From the NCBI GenBank assembly GCA_964016885.1, contig OZ024743.1, forward strand, positions 35,278,001 to 35,342,000: 64,000 nucleotides of DNA. The letters run 5' to 3'. The DNA is from Eledone cirrhosa (lineage: Eukaryota). The notes under the pieces are model-generated. The model searched no databases. It saw nothing but the letters and a program-made list of their open reading frames with translations, and was not told where the DNA came from. The position numbers were made by a program, and so were the translations under genes. Shown here piece after piece: positions 1 through 12,800 of this stretch (its first letter is position 1; each line of letters opens with the position of its first letter).

Positions 1-90
1 CTTTATTTTATCGACCCCGTAAGGATGAAAGGCAAAGTTAACCTTATTATTAATAATTTAATGATATATATTTTGTTTATTTTTCTTTAG

Positions 91-327
91 GCCATTCTTA
101 AGGCGTACTTCAGATTTTATCCGGCCAATTGAGACAGTTCCAAATCCACATGTGATTATTGGTATTGGGTCAGAAGAATCTGCTTACCTCTACCTTACTG
201 TTCCTGTATTTATAGCATATGATAACCCAGATCTGCCAGTTCTGTTGGTACTGCTACAATATCTCACACTCTGTGAGGGTCCTATGTGGAAACAGATTAG
301 AGGCTTGGGTCTCTCCTACAGTTATAA
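91..327 (+). CDS. M16-family (insulinase-like, C05D11.1-like) metallopeptidase, internal exon; gene begins upstream of the window
   Basis: Acceptor ttttctttag|91 and donor 327|gtaagt. Open frame reads PFLRRTSDF...IGIGSEESAYLY...PDLPVLLVLLQYLTLCEGPMWKQIRGLGLSYSY. The LWxxIRxxGxxY motif is typical of the C-terminal half of M16 peptidases. Confidence 0.85.
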
Positions 328-1440
328 GTAAGTTCAGATTTTTCTTGTTTAACTTGTAACATACTATAAAGATTTAGCAGAAAATGTCTAAAAATGGGTT
401 TGTTAATTCAAATATTTATAGTATCTTTTTATTAGCAGACAGATTTGTAATTTTCAAGAATATCTTGCTAATGTGGTTTCATGTGATACAGAATGTTAAG
501 AGTAAATGATATATCAAGACAAAATAACTGAGGTTAAGATGATAGTCTACTGACCTTGGGTTTAAATTTTACTATGGCAGTCTTTTTGTTGTGTACCTTG
601 GGGAAGCACTAGTCTGCCTCAATGATAAAAGGTTCTATTCCTTCGTGGTTAAGTTGTTATTGTTAGGAAGGTCATTTAGCTGTAAAAATAATTACTCCAG
701 CAGTATTGCAAACAGATTTAACTTTTCCTGAACCAATTCTCTATGTAGGTAATTCCTTTAAACATCAACATTGTTGTAATGTCAATTGAGTTGATGGCTT
801 GCAATGCTAAGCTCTGTTCCATCCTTGAGAAAGCTACTCTTCCTAGATTTACATTTCCTTTTTATTTACTTAATGCAAAACAAATAAGACAAAAGCATCT
901 TTACCTTAGATCATTGGAGTTGAGAAAGAGGAAATTATTATATGGAGAAATGGATATAAAGCTGCTCATCTTGTGTCTTCTATAGAGAAACCAGTCCTGA
1001 AAAATTCACTTTACTTATGACTTGAATAATGATTCAAACTGCATCCAACTGTAAAAACAATTGCTTCAACAAGTCAATGAAATGTCCTATATGTGGTCAC
1101 TTAACCTGTTAATAATATCAACCAACCTCTACTGTTTCAAAATGTCAAATTTACAAAAAGACTATCCAACCCACAGAGTGTCATGCAAAAATTAATGTAA
1201 AAATATAAATATAAATAAATGGAAAAAAACTGCTTTTCGTTAAAGATGAAATAACATTTTTTTCAGAGGTCTGTTCTGGGTTGAATGTAGAATGAATTTA
1301 AACTGTAGAAGTAGATATGAAAGAATTGTGAAAGACAATCATAAGAATCAAATCTCTGTTCACACTTAGTTTAAAATATATGTATCGTGCTAATATTTTC
1401 ATGTAAGTCCTAATGTATTTTGTGGTTTTTATTTACATAG

Positions 1441-1534
1441 CATGATGATAAATGAAGAGTCTGGTCTGTTGTGTCTGGTTCTCGGAAAATCTGTTAACAT
1501 AATAGAATCTTATAAAATGGCACAAAATATTGTG
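1441..1534 (+). CDS. M16-like peptidase exon (NMMINEESGLLCLVLGKSVNIIESYKMAQNIV)
   Basis: Acceptor tttacatag|, donor |gtaaga. Phase matches the previous exon (aa+c = Asn). Confidence 0.8.
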
Positions 1535-2228
1535 GTAAGAATCTTTTTTCCTTTTAAAAGAAAAAAGCTACTGTTCAAAACATGGTTCTGCTGATTTGTA
1601 GCTAATTGATCAAAGTAATGTAAAGGAGTTCAAACCTAACTGTTAGTAATGTAGAAGCAAAATTGCCACTGATTGATATTGGACAACCAGCTCATAGGTC
1701 TCAAGTTTAAATCTTATGTAAGGTGTTTCATAGTATATATTTCAGCAAGCAGGCTGTTATATTGATGAAACAGTTGAAACACTTATTGAAATCCTTGAAG
1801 ATGAGGTCCATTCTATTCCACTAGCATTCTAACCATCCACTAAATGGCTGAATGGTTAAAAGACTTACTTCACAATCATGAGTTCCTGGGTTTGATCACA
1901 TGGCTTGGTATCTTGGAAAAATATCTTTACCATAATCTCAGGTTGACCCAAGCCTTGTGATTGAAATTGGGTATTTGGAAACTATGGATGCTCATTGGAT
2001 TGATTGGACTTATAATTCAATTCCAGCCATGTCACATAATGTGTTACATCGATCCAGCTTGAAAATTACATTAAAGGTACTAGTGTCTTTGGAATATTCA
2101 ACATCAAAATAGACAGAAAATCCATCACTGTACCGCTCATAGTGTTGAAATGTTACCATCAACATTATTAGACTAAACAGTTGTTATTGTTGCTGTTGTA
2201 ACACATTTTCTTTCTTGCCTAGTGAAGC

Positions 2229-2673
2229 CTGTAGAAGATCACGCCACCTAGCTTTGACTTTGGAGGCAGTCAATTAACTGCCCTTAGATCAGAAGGCTTT
2301 TACGATTTAGAGGGGAGTTCGTTTCCCTAGCTTGGCTGCTAGAACATCTCTTCTATTTGTTGTTAGGTGTAGGTAAACAATTAAGCAAAAAGAACATACC
2401 TCGAGATTATATGTACATGAGCATTTCAATCAGAGCAAATCAGTTGCTCCTTGATTAGTAATTCATAATTATCATTAAGTGGCGGTGTTCAAATATCCCG
2501 TGACCGCATGGTGCAATATCGCTGGTTCGCCACAGTGAAATGCGTCTGCTCGCCTCAAGAGACAAAGTCGAAGAGTGTGTATTTAGCTACTGACGTCAGA
2601 ACGTGACGTCATAACTAAGGGCAGTTAATCGGCTGCCTCCAAAGTCAAAGCTAGGTGGTGTGATCTTCTACAG
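2229..2673. mobile_element. Non-autonomous TIR element (MITE), superfamily unassigned
   Basis: About 59-bp terminal inverted repeats, 2229-2287 (CTGTAGAAGATCACGCCACCTAGCTTTGAC...) and 2615-2673. No obvious TSD. Confidence 0.75.
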
Positions 2674-3016
2674 AACTATTGAAACACATCAAATATGCAG
2701 TCTCCCTCTCTCTCTCTCTCTCAAATACATTTCATTTTGTATGAGTTTCTAGTCTAAAGGGTAACATCTGACATAACAAAAATATGATGCAATCCTGAAG
2801 AAGGTGTTTTGTGGAAAACCTAACCTACAGTCGTCCCTGCATGCCAGTCACCTTCATCAATGTTGATTAAGGGAAAAGCATAGGTTGATAGAGCTTGTTT
2901 TTTCTAGCTGAGTAAACTGGAGCAACATGGAGTAGTATCTTGCAGTTCTTGATTTATTACCAGAAGTCTTATTGTTGTTTGTGTTTCCATTGTTGTATTT
3001 TGTGGGTCTTTTGCAG

Positions 3017-3177
3017 ATGAGTTACATACTTGGTGAATCTCCTTATAATGAGATTGAGTTGGAGAGTGCTCGAAGTAGTCTGATCTTTGAAATAATTAAC
3101 CAAGAGAAGACCACGTTTGATGCTTCCATGGCTTCACTGAAGTCATACCTGAAAAGAGTTGACCATAACTACAACAG
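3017..3177 (+). CDS. M16-like peptidase exon (MSYILGESPYNEIELESARSSLIFEIINQEKT...HNYNR)
   Basis: Acceptor ttttgcag|, donor |gtaaga. Phase 0 start, phase 2 end. Overlaps ORF 2972..3181. Confidence 0.85.
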
Positions 3178-3944
3178 GTAAGAGAATTCACATTGTTGGC
3201 TTAGTAGGTAACATAGATTGTGATTTTTGGTTAAGTTTATGCTTTACAATTACTTTGTGTTCCAGCCAACAGGCTGAGGCCATGCTGGGGCACTAGATTT
3301 CACTGATGATGAAATATTTTTTTATAAATTGAATTTAGATAAAAGTGAAATTAACTCAATAATTACTGACCAAACACAAACTGTAATTCAATATAAGGCA
3401 AATCGGTGGAATCAAATAAAATAGAATGTCATGCAGTGTTCATTTCACTTCTCAAATCTCACTGAGGTCAACTTTACCTTTCATCCTTTTGAGGTTTATA
3501 AATAAATTACCACTCCAGTACTAAGGTTGATTCTTCTTCAATTTCTATTTTTAGTAGGGAACGTTTGTGTTGCAGAAATTTCTGATTGACAGATATTGAA
3601 CTACATAGCTATTGTTTAGCTCTTGGCCATCCTTAAGTCAGCAAACCTATAGTCAAAGACATTCTAGTTGTAACTATCTGCTCTTTTTGTCAGCCATATT
3701 GAGCACTGTGTATTTAGTGCGTTATTTTAAGGGACATTTGGTTGCTGTTTCTAGTTGTTCTAGTGACATCATAGAGGCATCCTTGACAGCTCATTGGCTA
3801 CATAGCTTTGTAGGTAATGCACTATGGTATACTTGCAATATTCTCATAACTTAATCTTATAACTAATGTGCATCATGTTTTTGAGAGAATAAACTATTTC
3901 ATTTGACTGTATGAACTCTGTTTTATTTCAATGTCTCTTTGCAG

Positions 3945-4097
3945 GGAATTACTCGGAAAAGTTGCTCAAGTGTCTATTGCCGATTTGAAAAGAGTTGGTC
4001 CAAAATATATTCCAAATCTCTTTAACCCAGCCCAGAACCGATGTTCGGTGTGTTGCCATCCCTCAAAGGTTGAAGAAGTATGCAATGAATTAAACCA
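3945..4097 (+). CDS. M16-like peptidase exon (ELLGKVAQVSIADLKRVGPKYIPNLFNP...VCCHPSKVEEV)
   Basis: Acceptor ctttgcag|, donor |gtaagt, phase consistent. LLxxVxxVxxxDLxRVxxKY resembles the M16 C-terminal helix. Confidence 0.85.
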
Positions 4098-4935
4098 GTA
4101 AGTTGTCAGTTTTTATTATATTACTGGTTTCGATAAATTAAATAATATTAAGGTTGGTGGGATTGTGTTCATTGTTCATTTAGCTATCCTCTTCCCCTAC
4201 ATATTTGTGGTAATGAATCATATTTATTATTATTCATGTCTACCCATTTTTGTCTGTTCATTTGTAAAATCAAATAGTTATTCCAACAAAATCTCCTGCC
4301 CACGCTAGCATGAGAAGAAAGATATGAAGAGATTCATACCCACTGGTTGATTATATTTAATATAATGCACCGAAGATAGATCAGCTTAGAGAAGCAAAAT
4401 GGTTGAGAAAACACTACCTACTCAACTTAAAATACACTATAGTTGTTTCATGTCACTGAATTCATTTAGCTGCCATTAGGAAGATTGATGGAGTTGTTTG
4501 TACATTGGATCATGTTTTGCAGAATTTGCTCTGGCTCCCTGCACTCTTAGTTCAAATCCTACTGAGGTCAACTTTGCCTTTCATTCTTTCAGGAGTCATT
4601 AACCGTTTAGCATTCACATTAATTTTCAAATGTCATGCTTATCTGTTCGCATAGGGTCAGACGCCATGCTTTGAAGCATAGTTACGTCCCTTTATGATCT
4701 GAGTTCAAATCTCGCCGAGGTTAATTTTGCCTTTCATCCTTACGGGGTCGATAAAATAAAGTACCAGTAATGTACTGGGTAATTGCTGGCCTTGTGCCAA
4801 AGGTAGAAATTTTATTTGTTTGTAATTTTCTTAATTTTCTATGTGCAAGGCTTGAAATGTTGTCAGTAGATATTTAAATATCAATAATTTAACCTGATTT
4901 TTTTGGTCAAATTTGACTTTTATGAGCAGGTGAAA

Positions 4936-5737
4936 TTAATTAATAGGGGCATTTGAAGTATCAACCAGGTGCAAACACTGGTTTAATTTTAAATATGTTG
5001 TTTTCGGTATATTACTTGATATATAAGGATCACTAAACCTTATATCAGTGCTCCAGTAATTCGACAGTCTTGGAAATTGTTTTATACCGAACATAATATT
5101 TACGGTAAAAATGCTTGTATTTCCGCAGCATCTGTCGGTCGCCAAACAAGATCGGGTTTTCCTCGATTTGAAATCTGTTGTTGGGCATATCGATTAATCT
5201 CTTCTGCCACAACTTCGAAGAAAGTTTGTGGTAAAAACAAAAAGAAATAATCCAGTGCTTTAGCATCGGCAGTTAATGTGTGTTGTGGACCAGTATTTTG
5301 AATAAAATCGGGAACATATATTGGTGTGGTATTTTTCAACCACGTTGCTGTAATATTTTCAATAGCGTCCTGGAGATCTTCGTTTTCACTTTCAAAATAA
5401 CAATCATCGTCGGATGAAATTTCAGAAATGTAAACATCTGATTCATTTGAAGATAAATCACTAATATTATCTTTTGTTTCTTGTTCATTCTGAATGTCGT
5501 GTCGCTACTTTCACAAGCCATGTTGATACACAAAAAATCTGTTCTACTTTCAACGTTAAAAAAACACATGTTGTTTTAAGTTGTTTCACTATTTTAAGTG
5601 TTAATTTTCGTGATAAGGGCCTAATCTCGCAGTAATCTCGAATTGACGAAATTTTAATGATGGTTTGTTTATTTTTAGAACAATATTTTAGTGTGGGTGT
5701 TATCGGCTGGTTTCGGATGGTTTGAACAAATGAAGGG
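4936..5737 (-). mobile_element. piggyBac (PGBD4-like) transposon 5' part with frameshifted, truncated transposase
   Basis: Peptides ALDYFFLFLPQTFFEVVAEEINRYAQQ...WRPTDAAEIQAFL and MFGIKQFPRLSNYWSTD...LNQCLHL match piggyBac transposase N-terminal motifs. The end reads TTAA|CCCT on the minus strand, with TTAA at 5738-5741. Confidence 0.8.
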
Positions 5738-6012
5738 TTAACCTTGTAATATCTATTAAAATCCTGCCGTCTATCACTGGAAAGAAGGAGACATGATAGA
5801 ACTGAGGCTCCTATCATTAAAACACCTAAGAGATGCAACTTCATGAGGGGTGTGGTCAGTTAAACCTACATAGGAAGTGTATCCAGCTATAAAAACAAAA
5901 TAAGAGGCAGGGTAAATAGATACAAAGATGACTTAGAGACACATACTTATATACATGCATTTTTTTATACATACATGACATTAATTTTTATAATGTTTTT
6001 TTTCTTTTCCAG

Positions 6013-6085
6013 AGTTAACTTGAAGTTGGATGTATTAACAAGCATGAATGAGGACTTTTTGGTGAATGTGTCTGCTAAAGCTTAA
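6013..6085 (+). CDS. M16-like peptidase terminal coding exon (VNLKLDVLTSMNEDFLVNVSAKA*)
   Basis: Long polypyrimidine tract and ttttccag| acceptor, phase consistent, TAA at 6083-6085, AATAAA at 6217. Confidence 0.75.
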
Positions 6086-6371
6086 CTAATATTGTTAAGT
6101 GATGCTTCTTATTAACACAGAAACCTGCAACAATTTCTTATATACTCTTTTGAGTTCTTCCGTTGCTAATTTCTAAATGTTCAAATATCATTCTTCTGTT
6201 GATGATTAAAGGGTGTAATAAAGAACATCGGATTAACAGTATTTTATAGATTGATTGATTTATTATATTTCCTCTAATGCTCCGGGTATATTGACTATTG
6301 CTAAACATTACTGGTATGAGCAGTAAGTGAAACACAATAGCTCTCCCATTTCATGTTTTCTTTTTGTTTAA

Positions 6372-6529
6372 CCCTTTACCATTTACTATTGTATTTTTGT
6401 GGTAAAGGCTTTATCTTACATAATATTGAATCTACAAAATTTTGATGTTATTTATTTTGAGAACAATACCTTAACACAAGTATGAGCAGCCAGTTATGGC
6501 CGGATACAACCAGTTTAAATGCTAAAGGG
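6372..6529. mobile_element. piggyBac-type MITE
   Basis: TTAA-CCCTTT...AAAGGG-TTAA ends. Homologous to 54114-54322 in the opposite orientation. Confidence 0.75.
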
Positions 6530-9339
6530 TTAAACACATTCAAAAAGGAAGTGAGTTCAGCAAGGAATTGAAGGTGCAGGTAGGAGTTCATCATAGTTCT
6601 CCAGGCCATAACAGAGGAGTTTAAAACTGGCTGTCCATGGGAAATTCTCTGTGCAGATGATCTGGTTCTTGTAGCTGAATCCATAAAAGAACTAGAGAAT
6701 AAGTTTCGACTATGGAAATTATTAGAGAAATGAATGCAAAGAAAGCAGCAGTTCTATCGGGACTAGTGACTCAGATGTTGAAGTGTCTGGTTATGGAAAT
6801 ATACTTGCTTGATTAATCGTGTAGTATAAGAAGGTACTATTTCCAATATCATAATCAATTGCTACAAGACAGTGGAGCAATTAAAGTGGCTTGAAACTGA
6901 TAGGTTAAATTTTTTTCTATGGTTAAAGTCTGTCTCCAGCCCAAAGACTCACAGACTAGAGCTTATCTTGATTTTGTTGGCCTTAAACAGCAGAATACAA
7001 GACTCCTCCCTGGAAATCTTGCTACTCTATTATAGGATTAACCTCTGGCTGGTGCTGGTACTCATTTTTGGTTGAATTAACTGGAGCAACATAAAATGAA
7101 GTATTTTACTGAAGGACACAAATGTGCCATCCAGATCAAGAATCGAACTCGCAGTATTATGATCATAAGTCCCTAACCACTTAGTTGCATACCTTCACTG
7201 ATAGAATAATTCTTAATTGTAGCTGACAAAGGTTTAGTTTAAAAGACTATTAGTTTGGATATCTGCCATGGGGTGAAACCATATTTCTCATAAAAAAACT
7301 GCAAGAGAAGTTCTTATGTTCTACTTGTATGTTTCTCTGGTCAGTACTAAAATAAAGTGTAGATGAATGTCTTTTGAAAGCTGTGTAAGTTATGTACTAG
7401 TGTGATGTTAGCAGGTTAGGTGTGGCAAAGTGCTTAGTAATTTGTGGACACAGCATGGCCCATTGGTTAAGTTCACTTTGCTATCATTAGGTCTTGGGGT
7501 CAGTCCCACAGTGGCATGTTGGGTAAGTGTCATATAACATAACCTCAGGTCAACCTATGTCTTATGATTGAAACTAGGTAGAGGATAACTGTTTGATTGA
7601 CTACCTGTAATTCAAATAGCTAGCCTTGTCAGTGTTACACATGATACCCCTGAGAATTATGTTATGGCTACATGTGTTTGTGCTATGTGCAGCCACTTAC
7701 ATGTTAATTTAATGAGTTGGCTGTTCCATTGATTGAAAAACTGGAACACTCATCATCAAAACCAACAGAGATCCATTCCAGTTATTTAGCCTTCAAGTAG
7801 ATATCTTTGAGAGTTGTCTGTCTCTCCCTTCATTCTATCCATGTCTACAAGACAAGTAATTGGAAGCTTTCATAAATTGATGGCCTGGTTCTCATGGCAG
7901 AATCTGTAAAAGTATTGTAGAAAATGTTCTGAACTTGGAAGCAAGTGCATAAAATTCTTGTTCAATATGTAGATTGAAACTTCATACTGTGTATTCAGTG
8001 TGAACAATGTGAAGATAGCTCTCTGGTCGGATGGCAGAGAACCAGGACTTGTGATAGATACATAGGAGCAATTAGTAAATAAGAATAGCTATGACAAATT
8101 ACATGGGGGGGGGGGGGGGTTATTTAGCGGGTGGAGAAGTAGGAGTTGAATGAGTGGTTTGTTGGTCGAGTCCATGGCAAGTGAGTGAAGTGTCTCGGTG
8201 AGTCAAGAAAATTTCTGTGTATTCTTGCCATAGTAGTTGTAGTTACTTGTGGTATGATATTGCTGCAGGGAAGATTTTCTCCAATCACATTGATATGAAT
8301 TTGCAAATGAACAAAATGCTACTAATTTGTTTTTATTGGTTGCATGATTTACTCCTAAATGTGCAGTAATGAACAAATGGAAAGCTCATTCAATATACCA
8401 TGTATATTTGTGATATGTCTAAGTTGGTTGACTTTGCATGTGTGAAAGTAGTGAATTCTAATAACCTTAGTTGAAGTTGGTAATCCTAACCAGAACAGCC
8501 TACCACATAGATCAGAACTGCCTGGCCAGCTTGGAAGTGAGAGTCTGTCTGTAGCAGAGTGAAGAGGCAGACTCGGCTTCTGGGGGTTCAAATAGCTTGT
8601 ATTCATAATGGCTGGGTCCTCAGAAAACATGAAACAGATGGACTTTCCTTTTAAACATAGGAAGTTATTCAAATGGTGCCATGCGAGCTCAAACAAAGGA
8701 ATTGATATCTAAGTTAAATGTCAGTGTGTTGAAATATGACTATTTGAGAACATGGGAACAATCTCATTGGGGTTTCACTACAGTTTCCCCTCTATGCACA
8801 AAATGTATTAAATGTTTAATTTGTATCAGTGTATAATTAGATGTTTTGTTTTTTCAATGCTCAATCTCTGAAACCTTGAACAGGTGCATTCACTGATTAG
8901 ACTTGGTTTTAAACATGTCTTTGCTTGTGTGAAAACCAACTTTTCAAGGTTGGTGTTGATGCACTTAGTCACACATTTTTCAGATATCAGTCTGTGTGAC
9001 TGACATAAAACGTGGGAGGTGAACTGAATATAAAAACCTGAAAAGTTCATATCTTTAACTGGCTTTTGTTAGTTAAAAACATTTTAAAGAGGTATCTTTC
9101 CTTTGTTTCTGTTTTTTTTTTTGTTAATATTTTTTATTATGATGACCAAGATAAGGTGGATTGGCAGAATCAGAGCACTGGACTAAATGCTTTGTGGTAT
9201 TTGCTTTGGTGTTTTTATGTTCTAAGTTCAAATCCCTGCCAAGTCAACTTTGCCTTTCATCCTTCCTATTTAAAACATCTAATTGGACCTTTTAATGTCA
9301 ATACCAATCAATGCATATATCAAAAAAACAAATACTGGG

Positions 9340-9870
9340 CTTCACTTTTACTGGGAATCTCTCCTGACAAATACACATCCTTAAAAACTGGCTTATCTCT
9401 TCAAGAGCTAGAAAATACTCCCATCCTTAAAAATTGGCTTATCTCTTCAAGAGCTAGAAAATACTCCCCTCCTTCCCAACAATTACTGACCTACTACAAA
9501 GCTCAACTAAAATCCACAATGGAGAACTGATGTCACAGCTGAGATGGTGCTGGGACTACACACACAGACATCCTAGAACACTACCAGAGAAGGGCCACTT
9601 GATTGATTGGCCTGAAGTCACTCACTAACAGACTCCAACCTCTGATACACAAATGTGCTGTCTCTTCTGTGTATTTTCTAGCACCACGACAATGGCTTCT
9701 GTTCCTTAGAGCTGGCTGGTCTCATGTTACTTCCACTAAGGCACTGTCAACTTGTTCATCTCTCCTCCTCAATATGTCCAACTCCCAGGTGCTGTATAAA
9801 CCACTATGTCCAGCCTTTTCTCCACAGAACACCATTCCTCCTGAAATCTCTCCTTGCAGTTGAATCAGAA
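9340..9870 (+). mobile_element. Degenerate non-LTR retrotransposon RT C-terminal fragment (CR1/L2/Jockey group)
   Basis: Reads LLTYYKAQLKSTME..HS.DGAG..HTDILE..QRRAT.LIG..LQPLIH with stops and frameshifts. Internal tandem duplication of about 47 bp at 9376-9468. Confidence 0.6.
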
Positions 9871-12800
9871 TACTCACAGCATCGATCTCATTGTTCTGGA
9901 AGGGCATGTGAAGGTCATGGGCACTGCTTATTCCTCCAGACCTGACTAGTGGAAAAAACAATGATTGCTGTACCTGCAATAAATAACATCTTTGAAATAA
10001 AGGAAATGATACACTGGATAATGTAATCTCTCCATATCCACTATACCTGAAAGGAAGATGGAATGGTCATAGATTTATCCTGACAAGGCTATCTAGGACT
10101 CAATGATGACATCATCATATGAATTAGCATTATGGCAAAAAGGTGAGATCCTTATCAAAATATGATGGTGGTGGTGGTTCCAGATTCAGAGTTGGTCAAG
10201 TTTATTTAAATAGTGGACAATCGACTCCTGTGTCAACAATATTGCAGTTTGTCAAATTGTCTGTGTTCTAAGGGCAGCCAGCCATATAATAGTTACCAAA
10301 CAAAGAATCAGGAGGACTCTTAGTTATGTCATGGAGATGACAACCTTCCTAGTATTGGTCAGATAACCCATCACCCAATATACACCTGTAAAATGGCTGG
10401 TGAGAGGAAAGACATCAAGCTGTAGAAAACCTGCCAAACAAAATATCTGGCAGGCTCTTCAGCTATGCCAAGAACATAACTTCTTACTATTGGTGCAATG
10501 ATAAAATACAGTCGGTTGAACACGTGGGATTGTATGTTGAGCTCCCAAACCACATGAAAGTCAGAGACTTAGCTTGAATACTAGCCATTCTCTCATGACA
10601 TGCCCAACTCTTGCTACCAGGGGAAAATGGACATTAAATAATGATGATAATTGTCATTAAAAAGAATTTAATTTATTTGTATTAAAATATTGTTCATCCT
10701 TATATATTTTGATGAGCAATTATATATAAATATTTCTAAATCTGCCTCGAAATACAGGTTGGCACACAGTAAAAGTCAGCAGTAAAATAAGAATTGTGAA
10801 GAAAAAAAAAACACCTACACAAATTATAAATATAATTTTTCTCATGAGAATTTCTCCCAAACAACATTAAGTCCTTGAAATGTCACAACGAAAGTTGCAG
10901 TCCAAAATTAAATATTTCACTTGGGTCATGGCAAGCAAACAGAGAGAGGCAGCCACCCAGACTAGATAGACGGACAACCACACTAGATAGGTATTGTGAG
11001 AGTTGTATACTTTGTATGTTTTATGTGTGGAAGCTGCTGCTACATTGAACTAGCTGGAATTATGTAAAATAGCTTTTACTGGATTTATATGGTAATTTGT
11101 AGCTGTTTTTCTTTTTAAACTGTTTAGTCAGTAAATGAAGGGTAGTGTCCATAATCATCTGAAATTGGTGGGAGGAAGGTATACTCAACCCAGAAATCTG
11201 ACTTGAATGCTTGCTACAGAGTGAATTTTGCTAAATGCACCAAAGTTTACTTTGTAACCATACAGTTCCAGGTTCAATCCCACTGCATAGCATCTTGAAT
11301 ATGTGCTTTTTACCATAGCTTTCAGTAAAATTGGATAGATGGAAACTATTTGGAAGATCACTACTATAAATTGAATGAGAAAATACAGTCTCAAAAAGGT
11401 CTTGTAACCCATACTAGCTTGGAAATGGAGACATAAAAATGATATCCTGGTTTCGAATAGTTACACCATATTCCTGTGTATGGTAAGAGTTGGCCTTAAA
11501 ATGGGTATCCAGACATAATATATTGCTTTGAAAATATCATTCAATCCACGTTGGCAAGGAAAGGCAAAGGTAAAAAAAGATGCTGATGCTGTATTGTATG
11601 CTAAGACAACACACAGAAAATAAAATAGGTGCAGGCATGGCTGTGTGGTTAAAGAGTTTACATCACAACCATATGATTCTGGTTTCTGTTCTGCAGTGTG
11701 GTAATTCCATGTGAGTGGTATTTTGTAGATGGAAACTGCAGAAGCCTGTCATCTGTGTGTGTGTATACATATGTTTCTTTTTCCCCTTGGGTCATGACAA
11801 CTCATCAAACCCATATTAACATGAAAAATGAATGTAAAATGATTATGAGTACAGTTAGAATTACATTATTTAATGTGTCCTTCCCTTTTGTAAGATGGTA
11901 AGTACAATTTGAGTGATGTGGCTGTTATTACTTGCAAGTTGAGCAGCCACAGAAGTTCCTTTGTCTATGTTGTTGGTGTTTAGTTCCAGGTCAGCCATGA
12001 CTGAGCAGACCTATGATCAAAAGCATTCCAGCAGTGACCATCCCATTTTTTTTTTTTCAGACATTGAGTATTTCAGACTATATTTGACCTATTTTTTTAA
12101 AGATGATAGAAAGGGTGTGATGAGGGTGAAATTTGGCAGTTATTTTTAGCAGGTCAAGTGACTATGTAAGAGCTCCCTTGTCAGACTGTTTATGATAATG
12201 TAAGTTACATATAAGATGAAATGATAAATTTGATTTGCTGTGAATGAGAATTAGAGCTGGGAGACTAGAATAAATTTGGAAACTATTTTTAATAATTTAT
12301 TCAAAAGAAAAAGTATAGTGCCCACATCTATTCTTAGAGCCTTCAGTCATAAAAACCATGCCAATAATGGAATGGGATGATCATGGCTGAAATGTCTTTG
12401 ACCATAGGTCTGCCCAATTAGAAAACAACAATAACAACTTGGATGGAAAAAAAATAAGCCTGGTTTTTTTTTTAACAGTGAAGTGCATACTCAGGTTTAA
12501 TTCAAACATAGGAGTTTCTATAAGATTGTTTATCTTTTAACCAGACTGCCACATATATTTTATGTAGCTACAGTTGCTGTGCCATTTTTTTTTTTTTTCA
12601 GTAAATAGCATCCCCATCTAGCTTTAAAGTTATGAACTGTTGGAAACGAGTTCAAACACGTTAGGACGAGTTATCTCGTCTACGGCACTGAAAGGGTTAA
12701 ATCACACATCTTAAGTAAAGAAGGATATACTGGACAATGTAGTTCCAGTTATACACAAAGACAAGATGGCTGTAGGTGAAACTGACTTGCGGCTAAACAA

